64,000 nt of DNA from an uncultured Parachlamydiaceae bacterium (lineage in GTDB: Bacteria > Chlamydiota > Chlamydiia > Chlamydiales > Parachlamydiaceae), in NCBI GenBank assembly GCA_963742415.1, contig CAVULX010000003.1, positions 768,001-832,000 of the forward strand, given 5' to 3'. Of the stretch, positions 1 to 10,024 are shown in pieces. The position numbers and the translations under genes are program-made. The notes below the pieces were generated by a model. It was given only the letters and a program-made list of their open reading frames with translations. It made no database searches and was not told the DNA's origin. How positions within the stretch are numbered: position 1 is the stretch's first letter; every line of letters starts with the position of its first letter.

Positions 1-1
1 T

Positions 2-352
2 ACAGATGAAACTAAACATGCTGAAGCTATAGAGGTCATCTTCGATCCAGAGGTAACAACCTATGAAAATCTAGCAAAGTATTTTTTAGAAATTCACGAT
101 CCTTCCCAAAAAGATAGGCAAGGCCCAGATATCGGGAGCCAATACCGTTCGGCCATTTTTTATTTGACGGCTGCCCAGAAAACTATTGCCACGAAGTTAT
201 TGAAGACACTAGAGAATCAGGGAATGAAAATTGCTACCGAAGTTGTTCCTGCGCAGCCATTTTATCCTGCGGAAGTGTACCATCAAAATTATTATAATAA
301 GGAAGGAAAATATCCTTATTGTCATAGGCACATCAAGCGTTTTTCTGATTAA
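2..352 (+). CDS. msrA: Peptide methionine sulfoxide reductase MsrA, C-terminal part (runs off window start)
   Basis: Frame from nt 2 reads HAEAIEVIFDP...IHDPSQKDRQGPDIGSQYRSAIFY...FYPAEVYHQNYY...YC, which are MsrA motifs. Confidence 0.93.
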   Translation, partial: TDETKHAEAIEVIFDPEVTTYENLAKYFLEIHDPSQKDRQGPDIGSQYRSAIFYLTAAQKTIATKLLKTLENQGMKIATEVVPAQPFYPAEVYHQNYYNKEGKYPYCHRHIKRFSD

Positions 353-361
353 AAGGTTCTT

Positions 362-631
362 TTAGCGATTATGTTCTCTATCCCACCGCTCATCATCTAG
401 CTTTCGTTGCAGTCTTTTTTCCTCTTCTCTTTTGTCTTCTAATCGATTTTCTTCTAACTTATTTGCTTGTCGTATGTCTTCTAAGCGTTGGTCTTCTAAT
501 TTTTGCTCTTGAATTTTTTCATCTTGCCGATTTTGTTCAGCCTTTTGATCTTGAAACATATCGGCGCTCAAAGGCAATAATATAGAGGTAAAATAAAGAG
601 ATAAAATTGTGACTGCATATTTTTTTTTCAT
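362..631 (-). CDS. Small exported protein with a charged E/Q/R/K low-complexity helical body
   Basis: Signal-peptide-like N-terminus; repeats EDQRL/EENRL/EEKRL. Confidence 0.6.
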   Translation of the reverse strand: MKKKYAVTILSLYFTSILLPLSADMFQDQKAEQNRQDEKIQEQKLEDQRLEDIRQANKLEENRLEDKREEEKRLQRKLDDERWDREHNR

Positions 632-703
632 ATCAATTCAACCTGGGTTTTGGGTTTTTCTTCTTGATTTTCGGGTGTTTTCACCTCAATTAATGATTTT
701 TTC

Positions 704-1813
704 TCAAATTCGCGCGCATCGGTTGAGAAGCATCGCATCGATTAAGACAAGAGCAAGCATGGCTTCAACGATAGGTACGGCCCGAATTGCAACACAAGGA
801 TCGTGGCGCGACCCCGCAGGGAGTTGAATGGAAGACTTTTTTTTATCTGTTATAGTGATGGTTTCTTGAGACTTCATAATGCTAGAAGTCGGTTTAAAGA
901 CAACTCTTCCCTCTAAGGGCATCCCGTTAGAGATCCCTCCTAAGGTTCCTCCGGCATGATTGGTTTGAGTCGTGACTTCCCCTTGTGTGTGCATAAATAG
1001 GTCGTTATGTTGCGAACCTTGCATGCCGATCGATCGGAATCCCGATCCCATTTCAAACCCTTTGGTAGCAGGGAGGCTCAACATGGCGTGGGCAAGGTTG
1101 GCTTCTAATTTTTCATATACGGGATCCCCTAAACCTGGCGGAATCTGGGATGCTATGAATTCGACGATGCCGCCTAAAGAATCTCCCTCCTCTTTAGTTT
1201 TTTCGATTAAAGCCATCATTTTCGAAGAGGCTTCTGGATCGGGACAAAATACAGGACTCTGGTAAATCAATGCACGCAACTGCTCAAGGTAATCTGACCC
1301 GATTGCATCCCCTTCAAGGAAAGCCTCAATGGGGCCTATTTGCTTGATGTAAGCGGTTAGCTGAATGCCGCAGCGAGTTAAACATTTTTTTGCGATTGCT
1401 CCGGCAGCTACTCGACATGCCGTTTCCCTGGCAGATGAGCGGCCTCCGCCCCGATAATCAAAAATTCCATATTTTTCTAAGTAGGTATAATTGGCATGCC
1501 CAGGCCTGACCAAATCTTTTATCGGCTCATATTTGCTTGAATCAACATCCTTATTGGGGATGATTATACTGATGGGAGCTCCAGTGGTTTTTCCTTCAAA
1601 AACTCCCGATAGAATTTCTGCCTGGTCAGGTTCTTTCCGGAGGGAAAGATAGGGATTTTTTCCTGGCGCGCGGAAGGCTAAGGCAAGATTGATCTCTTCA
1701 TCATTGATCTCCAAGCCTGCGGGGCACCCATCTATGACTACGCCGATCGCTTTGCCATGTGATTCTCCCCATGTTGTGATTTTAAAAATGTTGCCGAATG
1801 AATTGCTTGCCAT
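704..1813 (-). CDS. aroC: Chorismate synthase
   Basis: TWGESHG, RPGHA, GGGRSSARET and RHDPC motifs. Confidence 0.98.
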   Translation of the reverse strand: MASNSFGNIFKITTWGESHGKAIGVVIDGCPAGLEINDEEINLALAFRAPGKNPYLSLRKEPDQAEILSGVFEGKTTGAPISIIIPNKDVDSSKYEPIKDLVRPGHANYTYLEKYGIFDYRGGGRSSARETACRVAAGAIAKKCLTRCGIQLTAYIKQIGPIEAFLEGDAIGSDYLEQLRALIYQSPVFCPDPEASSKMMALIEKTKEEGDSLGGIVEFIASQIPPGLGDPVYEKLEANLAHAMLSLPATKGFEMGSGFRSIGMQGSQHNDLFMHTQGEVTTQTNHAGGTLGGISNGMPLEGRVVFKPTSSIMKSQETITITDKKKSSIQLPAGSRHDPCVAIRAVPIVEAMLALVLIDAMLLNRCARI

Positions 1814-1823
1814 AATTATCTTT

Positions 1824-2729
1824 TTATTTTGATAGGGAGATTGGCATGAGGAGCTGCATTTCCGCTAATAGGTTCTCAAGCCGCTCTAAATTGTTTGGGG
1901 TCATCTGCCACAAGGGGAGGCGGCATATTCCTGAAGGCATGCCGCAAAGTTGCATAGCCGTTTTGATAGGGATAGGATTAGTTTCCATAAAAATGGCTTT
2001 AAAAAACGGCAGCAGCTGATGATGCTGCTGCCGGGCATGATCAAAATTTCCTTGCAAGGCTGCTTTGACGAAGGCTATGACTTTGTCGGGAATCAAATTG
2101 CTTGCAACCGAAATGACCCCATGAGCCCCTAAAGAGATCATAGGCAGGGTTAAGATGTCATCTCCGGATAACACACAAAAGTTCTTTCTTGTTTTGGCAA
2201 TGGTATGGATGACATCTCCCGTCTGGTTGATATTTCCCGAGGCCTCTTTCACGCCGATCACATTGGGCAAATCGGCAATTCGTTCTAAAGTGGGAGTTTC
2301 GATATTGACGCCGCACCTTCCAGGGATGTTGTAGATAATGAGAGGGATGTCTACAGATGTACAAATGGCTTCAAAATGGCGAAAAATTCCCTCTTGCGTG
2401 GGCTTGTTATAATACGGTGTCACCACGCTGACAATATCCGCGCCTAAATCTTTAGCCTGTTTTGTTTTTTCAATGGCTTTGCGGGTGCAATTTGATCCCG
2501 TTCCCACATAGATGGGGGTTTTCCCTTTTGCTTCCCGTACCGCAAGCTGGATCATTTTAATTTGCTCTTCGTTTGTCAAGGTGGAGTCTTCTCCGGTAGA
2601 GCCAAAGAGGAGGATTCCATCGATTTGGTTCTCCATTTGGAAACGGATGTTCTGGACGAACCCTTCCTCATCGAGATGATGGTTGGCAAAGGGGGTGATT
2701 AAAGCTGTAATGACACCTTGTTTTTTCAT
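1824..2729 (-). CDS. dapA: 4-hydroxy-tetrahydrodipicolinate synthase
   Basis: ALITPF, GSTGE, PYYNKP, YNIPGR and GVKEASG; start moved to ATG 2729, which overlaps the dapB stop (ATGA). Confidence 0.96.
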   Translation of the reverse strand: MKKQGVITALITPFANHHLDEEGFVQNIRFQMENQIDGILLFGSTGEDSTLTNEEQIKMIQLAVREAKGKTPIYVGTGSNCTRKAIEKTKQAKDLGADIVSVVTPYYNKPTQEGIFRHFEAICTSVDIPLIIYNIPGRCGVNIETPTLERIADLPNVIGVKEASGNINQTGDVIHTIAKTRKNFCVLSGDDILTLPMISLGAHGVISVASNLIPDKVIAFVKAALQGNFDHARQQHHQLLPFFKAIFMETNPIPIKTAMQLCGMPSGICRLPLWQMTPNNLERLENLLAEMQLLMPISLSK

Positions 2730-3421
2730 AATGCCCTTCTTTGAGAAATATCTTTTAGACAGTCTGAAAAGGTAAAAAGACCTTTTTTGTCCTGTAACCA
2801 TTCCGCGGCCATAAGGGCCCCTTGGGCAAATCCTTCCCGATTTCTGGCGGCATGGGTAATGGTGATGCTATCACAAAAGGAATCGAAAATCACACTATGT
2901 GTTCCCGGAATTGAACCGCATCTGATGCTGGTAAAGGCGAAGGGAGCAGCATGATGCATTTGCTGCTCAATTGTTTTGGCGATCTCTAGAGCTGTGCCAG
3001 ATGGTTTGTCCTTTTTCTTGGCATGATGGTATTCCACCCCTGTGGCATCATATTCAGTAAAGGGATTAATGATAGAGGCAGCATTCTGTAAAATGGCTAA
3101 GAGGAGGTGAACGCCTAAGGAAAAATTGGCCGCATAAAGGAGGCCGATGTGGTGTTCGTGCACAAGATGCTGCACTTTTTCTAAGTGGTCATACCATCCT
3201 GTCGTTCCCACAACTATCGGCTTTTTCAAGGGGGCCAATCGTCTGATATTATCTAGAGTGCTCTCGGGTTGGGTGAACTCTATAAAAAGATCGGCCTTTT
3301 GCAGAGCATCCAAATCCCAAGATTGAGAAGACTGCCGAGCAACGATGGTATGTCCTTGTTGCGTGGCGGCCTTGTCGACCATTTGCCCCATTTGCCCATA
3401 ACCTATCAAACCAACTTTCAT
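2726..3421 (-). CDS. dapB: 4-hydroxy-tetrahydrodipicolinate reductase
   Basis: GYGQMG, VVGTTG, NFSLG, EYHHAKKKDKPSGTA. Confidence 0.96.
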   Translation of the reverse strand: MKVGLIGYGQMGQMVDKAATQQGHTIVARQSSQSWDLDALQKADLFIEFTQPESTLDNIRRLAPLKKPIVVGTTGWYDHLEKVQHLVHEHHIGLLYAANFSLGVHLLLAILQNAASIINPFTEYDATGVEYHHAKKKDKPSGTALEIAKTIEQQMHHAAPFAFTSIRCGSIPGTHSVIFDSFCDSITITHAARNREGFAQGALMAAEWLQDKKGLFTFSDCLKDISQRRAL

Positions 3422-3570
3422 GTTTCGGCTGATCCATTTATTAAATCGTTCATAATTAATCCATTTTTCTCTATTGAAGTCCAGAGATAATTCTGTAGGA
3501 AAACAAATTCATTTTTGTTAAACATGTAATTGTATTTCTTAATGGAAATATCCATACAAAAAGGGGTTTT

Positions 3571-4257
3571 ATGGATAAAGAGATAACAAAAAAAACATTT
3601 TCTATAAGCGAAAACATATCGCTGGGTTGGCACCTGATGTGGAAAAATGTTGGATCACTTATTCTGTTTGAGATTTTCTCTTTTCTTATTTTAGTCCTGG
3701 TCGGAATTCCAGGTAACGCAGCTTTTCTTAGTTATTTCAATTTGGCCCCTTCGGGGAATTCTCAGATGTTCATAAGATTTTTCGCTGGTATCATTCACTG
3801 GTTAGTAATGGGAATCTTTAGTATAGGTTTTTATAATGTATATCTTAAAATAATTGATTCTCAACAGATAAAAATTGGAGATTTATTTACTAAGTCCCAC
3901 TTATTGTTAAGATATATCATTGCTTCATTTTGTGCCTCTCTGGCTACGATCATTGGGCTTATTTGCTTGATTATTCCAGGCCTCATTATTGCACTAAGAT
4001 TTAGTTTGTTCGGATTTGATCTCGTCGATAAACAAGTGGGTGGTATTCAATCTCTGGAAGATAGTTGGGATTTAATCGGGGGTTGTACTTGGAAGATATT
4101 TTTCTTTTTTATTACTGTTATGCTCATTAACCTATTGGGCTTGTTGTGCTTAGGAATAGGCCTGTTATTTACAATTCCTGCAACAGGCATTGCGTCCGGC
4201 CTTGTTTACCGCAAGTTGGCAGCCCAAACCCAGCAAGGTGCAATAGCCTCTTTTTGA
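3571..4257 (+). CDS. Integral membrane protein (DUF975-like)
   Basis: Several TM segments; GLICLIIPG and SLEDSWDL..G motifs. Confidence 0.65.
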   Translation: MDKEITKKTFSISENISLGWHLMWKNVGSLILFEIFSFLILVLVGIPGNAAFLSYFNLAPSGNSQMFIRFFAGIIHWLVMGIFSIGFYNVYLKIIDSQQIKIGDLFTKSHLLLRYIIASFCASLATIIGLICLIIPGLIIALRFSLFGFDLVDKQVGGIQSLEDSWDLIGGCTWKIFFFFITVMLINLLGLLCLGIGLLFTIPATGIASGLVYRKLAAQTQQGAIASF

Positions 4258-4375
4258 TTAGCTACGGCTATAACTTTCATAAGGCTCCCCAGTTTTTGTT
4301 AACGCATTGCTGTATGCCATAATTATGGCAAGATATTCATATGTCTTGCCGTGGAGCTGTCGTTTTGTCTTTATG

Positions 4376-4642
4376 TTAAAATAGCTCCGAGTGAGAGCCG
4401 ATTCTTTCAAGGTAGAGATATTTATCATCGGTGAAGTAAATCAAAAGAGTGTCGGGTTTAACATGACATTCTCGATGTCTTACATAATTTCCAGTTAAAG
4501 AATGATCTTTATATTTTTCTGGCAGTTTTTTCTTGTTGCAAAGGATTTGAATGACTTCATGCAATTCATCAACAATGTCTTGCTTATGCTTAAATCTCTT
4601 CATGTCTCTTTTAAATTTAGTCGATGGTTCAGGAATAAGCAC
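4376..4642 (-). CDS. yafQ: Type II TA toxin, YafQ/RelE family mRNA interferase
   Basis: FKRDMKR, LPEKYKDHSLTGNY, RECHVKPD.LLIY and C-terminal RIGSHSELF. Confidence 0.92.
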   Translation of the reverse strand: MLIPEPSTKFKRDMKRFKHKQDIVDELHEVIQILCNKKKLPEKYKDHSLTGNYVRHRECHVKPDTLLIYFTDDKYLYLERIGSHSELF

Positions 4643-4904
4643 TTGGTTTCATCCCCATCTTTTCCCAAAAATCCTCGATAGACTCGCATTTGATACCGAG
4701 ACCTTCCTCGCACTCCTTCATGGCTTCTAGAGTTTCTTTGTTAGGTGTCTTTTCAGGAAAATCCTTTCTAAGGTAAGAAAGAATAAACTCGCTTAAATTC
4801 ATGTGAGCTTTAGCAGCTAACATTTTAATGTAAGCCCTCTCATCAATTGTACAATCAATAGTTACTTTTGCCCTACCTTGATGGCGGGCTTGAGAATTCC
4901 CCAT
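4629..4904 (-). CDS. Cognate antitoxin (RHH-like N-terminus, DinJ/RelB-like C-terminus)
   Basis: Upstream of and overlapping the toxin; PNKETLEAMKE...SIEDFWEKM tail. Confidence 0.85.
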   Translation of the reverse strand: MGNSQARHQGRAKVTIDCTIDERAYIKMLAAKAHMNLSEFILSYLRKDFPEKTPNKETLEAMKECEEGLGIKCESIEDFWEKMGMKPSAYS

Positions 4905-4926
4905 ATTAACCTCCCAGTAAAACCCT

Positions 4927-4966
4927 ATTATACCAAGTCGCCTAGTTTTTGGAAATCCCTAGTTTT
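4927..4966 (-). promoter_or_regulatory. Probable TA operon promoter with candidate operator repeats
   Basis: Minus strand TGGTATAAT (extended -10, hexamer 4927-4932), TTTCCA 17 nt upstream; direct repeat CCTAGTTTT at 4941-4949 and 4958-4966. Confidence 0.5.
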
Positions 4967-5088
4967 ATTTTTCTTGGAACTCTTGATGCTAAACACACCG
5001 TTTTTCTCTAAAGAATATCACCAACAAGTCCTTGATTAACACCTAATCCGTAGCAGAATAATAAATACGAACGACATAATCTATACTT

Positions 5089-5835
5089 CTAGACAATCTT
5101 TAACGGGGTAAAGTCTCGATAATCGGCGGCGGCATAATAATATTTTATGCCGTTCTTTTCTCCAAAAAGGGGAATCCCTTTTTTGACATTGTGAAGATGG
5201 CCAAACACGCAATATTCTACCTCATACTTTTCTAAGAGCGCAGAAGCTCGGGAATCTTTTAAATCTGCGCTAATAGGAGGATAATGGGTCATGGCGATCT
5301 TTTGCCCGCCTAGTTTATCCATTTCTTTCAGACTAAGCTCCAAGCGGTTTAATTCCCTTTCAAAAATTTTTACAGCTTCTGCAGTATGATCGATCTCTTC
5401 GATTTTTTTTGCTTTTGGATTTAAGCTATAATGAATGTATTCTTGAAAACTATATTCAGGGGTATCCCACAACCGCGCGCCGCCAATGACATAATCGCCC
5501 CACTTAAAAGCGTTATTTTGTATGACGTGGAGCGACGGGGGGAGAACCGCTTTGATTTGTTTGAGGGAAGCCCACCAGTAGTCATGATTGCCCTTCAGCA
5601 TCACTTTGGTTCCCGGAAGTTCATCGATAAAAGCGAGATCCGGCTTCGCTTCAATAGGGCGCATGGCCCATGAAATATCTCCAGGCAATAAAACCAAATC
5701 TGTGGGTTGAACAAGGGATGTCCAATGGGTCTTGATTTTATCGATATAACCCACCCAGGGTTCCCCGAAGATATCCATATTTTTCTCAGGGGTTCCAATA
5801 GCCAAATGAAGATCTGCCAACGCCCAGACGACCAT
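5089..5835 (-). CDS. Calcineurin-like metallophosphoesterase
   Basis: DLH, GDISW, GNHD, HYPP and GHLH motifs; next to glgC as in other chlamydiae. Confidence 0.92.
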   Translation of the reverse strand: MVVWALADLHLAIGTPEKNMDIFGEPWVGYIDKIKTHWTSLVQPTDLVLLPGDISWAMRPIEAKPDLAFIDELPGTKVMLKGNHDYWWASLKQIKAVLPPSLHVIQNNAFKWGDYVIGGARLWDTPEYSFQEYIHYSLNPKAKKIEEIDHTAEAVKIFERELNRLELSLKEMDKLGGQKIAMTHYPPISADLKDSRASALLEKYEVEYCVFGHLHNVKKGIPLFGEKNGIKYYYAAADYRDFTPLKIV

Positions 5836-5843
5836 ATAAAATC

Positions 5844-7184
5844 CTAAAAAGTAAAACCGTCGGGAAGAGAGACACCACGAGGGACGATAATGATCCCATC
5901 GCGGACGTAGATATTTTCCCCATTATAATAGTGAAATTTATTCTTGTTGATCAATTGAACCTCTTTCCCTAAGCGGACGTGTTTATCTAAAATTGCTTTT
6001 TTAATGATGCAGTTTTCACCGATGTGGAGCTCTGAGGGCAGTTGTTGCGCATGGATTGGGGGGGTGTAAAAATCGTGGCCGAAAATATAGGTGTCTCGGA
6101 TGATGCATCCTCGATGAATGACGCATCGGGGCCCTAAAATGCTGCCTGAAATTTCTTTGGCTTCAATCAGACACCCTTCGCTGATGATCGAATTTTCTAT
6201 ATGCGTATTAAAAATTTTTGGTCCTTGCAAAAAGGGGCGCGAAGAAAAAATAGGCCAATTTTCATCGTAAAAATTGATAGGAAATGGGGGCTTCGTCAGG
6301 TCCATATTGGCTTTATAGAAAGATTCGATAGTTCCGATATCTTCCCAATATCCGCGGTGGATATAGGCGGCTGCATTTCCTTGGCTTACTTTTGTGGGGA
6401 TAAGATGTTTCCCGAAATCTTCTCGCAAATCTTGTTTAAGGAGGTTAAAAAGAGCTTCCCGTTTAAACAGATAGATCCCCATGGAACCCAAAAATGGTTT
6501 ATCGAAAAATTTTACCACTAGGTCTGAATCTGAAGGCGCAAAGCCGAAACGGGACAAGGCAGCCTCATCTTGAGGTTTCTCACAAAAATCGGTTATAAAG
6601 TTATCCTCATTGATACGAAGGATCCCCATCCGCTTGGCATCCTGCTTGAAAATGGGGAGGGCGGCAATCACCAGATCGGCATCGGTTTGCTTAGCAAATT
6701 GCAACATATGGAGATAGTTCATGGTGTAAAGCTGATCCCCCGAAAGAATTAAAAAGTAATCGACAGGGGTGTCCATGATGTATTCGATATTTTGACGGAC
6801 CGCATCTGCCGTTCCTTGAAACCACCCTTCGCGGGAGGGCCTTTGTTCGGCAGAAAGCAACTCTAAAAATCCGCTTGGAACTCCAAGGTGGCCATATGTT
6901 CTAAAAATATGCTGATGCAAAGAAGAGGAGAGGAATTGTGTGATAAGAAAAATTTTATGGCAGCCGGAATTGATCGAATTCGAGATGGGGATGTCAATTA
7001 AGCGGTGATGCCCTCCAAAGAAGATAGCAGGCTTGCAGCAAGCTTGCGTTAATGGAAATAAGCGGGTCCCTCTTCCCCCTCCTAGAATAATGGCAGCAAC
7101 TTTTTTCATGTCGGGAAAGAGATCGACTACTTGAGAGCTCTCCGATTTTGGAGAAGCAAAGGATGCAAATGCAGCTACAGTCAT
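5844..7184 (-). CDS. glgC: Glucose-1-phosphate adenylyltransferase
   Basis: ILGGGRGTRLFPLT, WFQGTADAVRQ, SMGIY, DFGKHLIP and YWEDIGT. Confidence 0.97.
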   Translation of the reverse strand: MTVAAFASFASPKSESSQVVDLFPDMKKVAAIILGGGRGTRLFPLTQACCKPAIFFGGHHRLIDIPISNSINSGCHKIFLITQFLSSSLHQHIFRTYGHLGVPSGFLELLSAEQRPSREGWFQGTADAVRQNIEYIMDTPVDYFLILSGDQLYTMNYLHMLQFAKQTDADLVIAALPIFKQDAKRMGILRINEDNFITDFCEKPQDEAALSRFGFAPSDSDLVVKFFDKPFLGSMGIYLFKREALFNLLKQDLREDFGKHLIPTKVSQGNAAAYIHRGYWEDIGTIESFYKANMDLTKPPFPINFYDENWPIFSSRPFLQGPKIFNTHIENSIISEGCLIEAKEISGSILGPRCVIHRGCIIRDTYIFGHDFYTPPIHAQQLPSELHIGENCIIKKAILDKHVRLGKEVQLINKNKFHYYNGENIYVRDGIIIVPRGVSLPDGFTF

Positions 7185-7269
7185 ATCAGAACGTCTATCT
7201 TATTGACAAAAAGAGTAATACATTTATCTTTTTTTAAAAAGAAATAATTTAAATCCCTTTAAGGGTTGC

Positions 7270-7893
7270 TTAAGAGTCATTCAAAACAGCTTCAAGTTCT
7301 TTAAAGGAACGGTTGCTAAAGTAGGGAAAAAAGAGATCGCAGCCTTCCCTTCCTTGTAAGGGGAGATAATTTTTTACTTTATAGGCAGGTTGGCAAACAA
7401 TGATTTTTTCCTTAGAAGGGTTTTTTAGCCATATTCCAATGCCATATTCATGCGGATGTTCAATAAAGCCGGCCCGGGAAATTATACTGAGAGGGACTTT
7501 CAACATCAATTTTTCTTTGACAATGTAGTCAATGTGTTTGTTTTCGACGACCACTAACTTATCCGGCACCATTTCTTTTCTGGTCAATTGCCGGTAGGGG
7601 AGCAATCCATAAGCAATTAAAAAGCCTCCGGCAATGAAAAAAAGGGGACCCCATACCGCTAAAACAGACACAGGAAGAAATAGACCCCCGCATAAAAAAA
7701 GCAAACCTCCACAGGAAGCGAACAACGTGCCTTTCAGCAACACATGCTGCTTTAGGCCTGTAGAAATAGTGCTGCGCATGGTCAAAGTTTCATGCTCCAT
7801 AGACGGTTTAAAGTTCTCCTCTACTAAAATAACCTTTCCATCCTCATGAAAATCATAGATTTTTTTTGCATATCCGCATATATAAGATTTCAT
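7270..7893 (-). CDS. Hypothetical two-TM membrane protein
   Basis: Long ORF co-oriented with glgC; two adjacent hydrophobic segments; start uncertain. Confidence 0.7.
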   Translation of the reverse strand: MKSYICGYAKKIYDFHEDGKVILVEENFKPSMEHETLTMRSTISTGLKQHVLLKGTLFASCGGLLFLCGGLFLPVSVLAVWGPLFFIAGGFLIAYGLLPYRQLTRKEMVPDKLVVVENKHIDYIVKEKLMLKVPLSIISRAGFIEHPHEYGIGIWLKNPSKEKIIVCQPAYKVKNYLPLQGREGCDLFFPYFSNRSFKELEAVLNDS

Positions 7894-7921
7894 TCAGCTA
7901 TACACAACAGGAAAAAAAACC

Positions 7922-9199
7922 ATGGAAATACATGCGACATCTTGGGTTATGATTTTCGTTTTTATCTTGGGCTACTTTCTCATCACGATCGAACATATCA
8001 CTCACATCAATAAAGCAACAATCGCATTAATGATGGCCGTCGCTTGTTGGGTTCTTCAATTTGGAAATGAGACTGTCCTAAGCGAAGAAAATTTGTCTTT
8101 TCTCGGCCATCATCTTGCCAACATCAGCCAAGTCGTTTTTTTTCTTTTAGGTGCTCTAACAATTGTAGAAATTATCAATGTCCATCACGGATTTGATATG
8201 ATCTCCCAAATCCTTCGTGTTCAATCCAAAAGGAAAGTTTTATGGGTCTTTGGAGCCCTCGCATTTGTCCTTTCAGCCATCCTTGATAACTTAACAACGA
8301 CCGTTGTAATGATCACTTTGCTTCGTGAAATGGTTAAAGAGGGGGAAGATAGATTGCTGATCGGCGGAGGCGTTGTCGTCGCTGCAAACGCCGGAGGCGC
8401 CTGGACCCCTATTGGCGATGTCACCACGACCATGCTCTGGATCGGGGGAGAAATTTCTACCCTTAACATCATGAAAATATTATTACTCCCCAGCATTATT
8501 TGCATGATTGTTGCTATTGGTTGTCTTTCCTGGATGCTATCGGGAAAATTTCAAGCCAAAAAACTCAATGCAAAAGAAAAATCAGAACCGATTGGCCGGT
8601 TCATTTTTTATTTGGGTATCGGCTCGCTGGTGTTTGTTCCTATTTTTAAAATCTTAACCGGACTGCCCCCTTTCATGGGGATGCTCTTTGGATTGAGTGT
8701 GATGTGGTTGATAACGGATATCATCCACTACCGTGAAGATAGTCAAAATCACTTGAGAGTCCCTTCTGTTTTGACTCGGATTGATCTTTCTGGCGTCCTC
8801 TTTTTCTTAGGGATTTTGTTAGCTATCAATGCGTTGGAAACAGCGGGCCTCCTTGAGATGTTGGCAAAGTATTTGGATACCACGATTGGGAATACGTCCA
8901 TGATAGCCGCACTCATTGGCTTGGCTTCCGCCGTTGTCGATAACGTGCCTCTTGTTGCAGCTACCATGGGAATGTACGATATGTCACAATATCCGGTTGA
9001 TCATTCATTATGGCAATTAATTGCCTATTGCGCAGGAACTGGTGGGAGTATCCTCTTAATCGGTTCGGCAGCAGGTGTTGTCTTCATGGGGATGGAAAAA
9101 GTCGATTTTGTTTGGTATATCAAAAGGATCTCTATTCCAGCTCTTTTGGGTTATTTCGCAGGGATGGTAATTTATTTGATAGAGTGCAGTTTTTGTTGA
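7922..9199 (+). CDS. nhaD: Na+/H+ antiporter, NhaD family
   Basis: LDNLTT, ANAGGAWTPIGDVTTTMLW, VDNVPLVAA and GGSILLIGSAAGV. Confidence 0.94.
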   Translation: MEIHATSWVMIFVFILGYFLITIEHITHINKATIALMMAVACWVLQFGNETVLSEENLSFLGHHLANISQVVFFLLGALTIVEIINVHHGFDMISQILRVQSKRKVLWVFGALAFVLSAILDNLTTTVVMITLLREMVKEGEDRLLIGGGVVVAANAGGAWTPIGDVTTTMLWIGGEISTLNIMKILLLPSIICMIVAIGCLSWMLSGKFQAKKLNAKEKSEPIGRFIFYLGIGSLVFVPIFKILTGLPPFMGMLFGLSVMWLITDIIHYREDSQNHLRVPSVLTRIDLSGVLFFLGILLAINALETAGLLEMLAKYLDTTIGNTSMIAALIGLASAVVDNVPLVAATMGMYDMSQYPVDHSLWQLIAYCAGTGGSILLIGSAAGVVFMGMEKVDFVWYIKRISIPALLGYFAGMVIYLIECSFC

Positions 9200-10017
9200 G
9201 TGGACAAAGCCTCCCGTGCAATAAGCACGTAAGATAAATTCCAGAAAATATAAAGGAAAAGCATGGGAATTGATTCCTGTTGATTTCCCCTTTTTTCTTT
9301 CAGTAGGCCATCTTGATCCATACTCTCTAAACGAGCTACGTTAAAATTAAATAACCCTAAGCCTAGGTTAGAAGATGTCTGATTTGTCCAGTTTTCAATT
9401 AAATATCGTTCCCAACTGTATTGAAGCTCCCTTTGTTGTTCAAAAATATCTTTGCTTAACGGATGACTTAAGTAATTATTGATCAAAAATTCTTCGGAAG
9501 GGAATAAACGTTCTTCAACTGTAGATTGTGAGGGGACACCGGCGATCCGATTTTCAACAGCATAAGCAGCTGCTAATAAGGGTAATAACCACAAAGCTTC
9601 AACAGCTCCCTCCACTCGTAACAAAAGCAAAATGGACAGAATAATCGAACCCAGCAGCCACATGAGCTTTAAAAAGGGGATTCCAAATACAATTTCATAG
9701 ATCGCTTTTTGGAATTTAACAACAAAAGGAGCACTTAAGGCATCCGTCAACAAAGCGTAACCTTTAAGTATTTGCCCTTTTTTCTCGGGTGGAAGTTGGT
9801 CAAAAAAATCTTTGTTTTTTTCCTTTGCCACTCCCAAAACATCTTGGAAAATGAGCATTTTGGATTTAATTCTGAAATGGTCTTGCATAAAAGGCTTAGA
9901 ACCAATCCACAAAAAAATTGAAAAGGCGACGCAAAGTTGCAAAATGGCCACGACTCTTGCGGGTGTGGCTATAAAGGTTCCAGGGGGAAAATATTTGGGC
10001 GTACGTTTGCGAAACAT
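9172..10017 (-). CDS. Hypothetical membrane protein
   Basis: 281 aa ORF with about 4 TM segments, in an operon-like run. Confidence 0.7.
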   Translation of the reverse strand: MFRKRTPKYFPPGTFIATPARVVAILQLCVAFSIFLWIGSKPFMQDHFRIKSKMLIFQDVLGVAKEKNKDFFDQLPPEKKGQILKGYALLTDALSAPFVVKFQKAIYEIVFGIPFLKLMWLLGSIILSILLLLRVEGAVEALWLLPLLAAAYAVENRIAGVPSQSTVEERLFPSEEFLINNYLSHPLSKDIFEQQRELQYSWERYLIENWTNQTSSNLGLGLFNFNVARLESMDQDGLLKEKRGNQQESIPMLFLYIFWNLSYVLIAREALSTQQKLHSIK

Positions 10018-10024
10018 ATGAATT

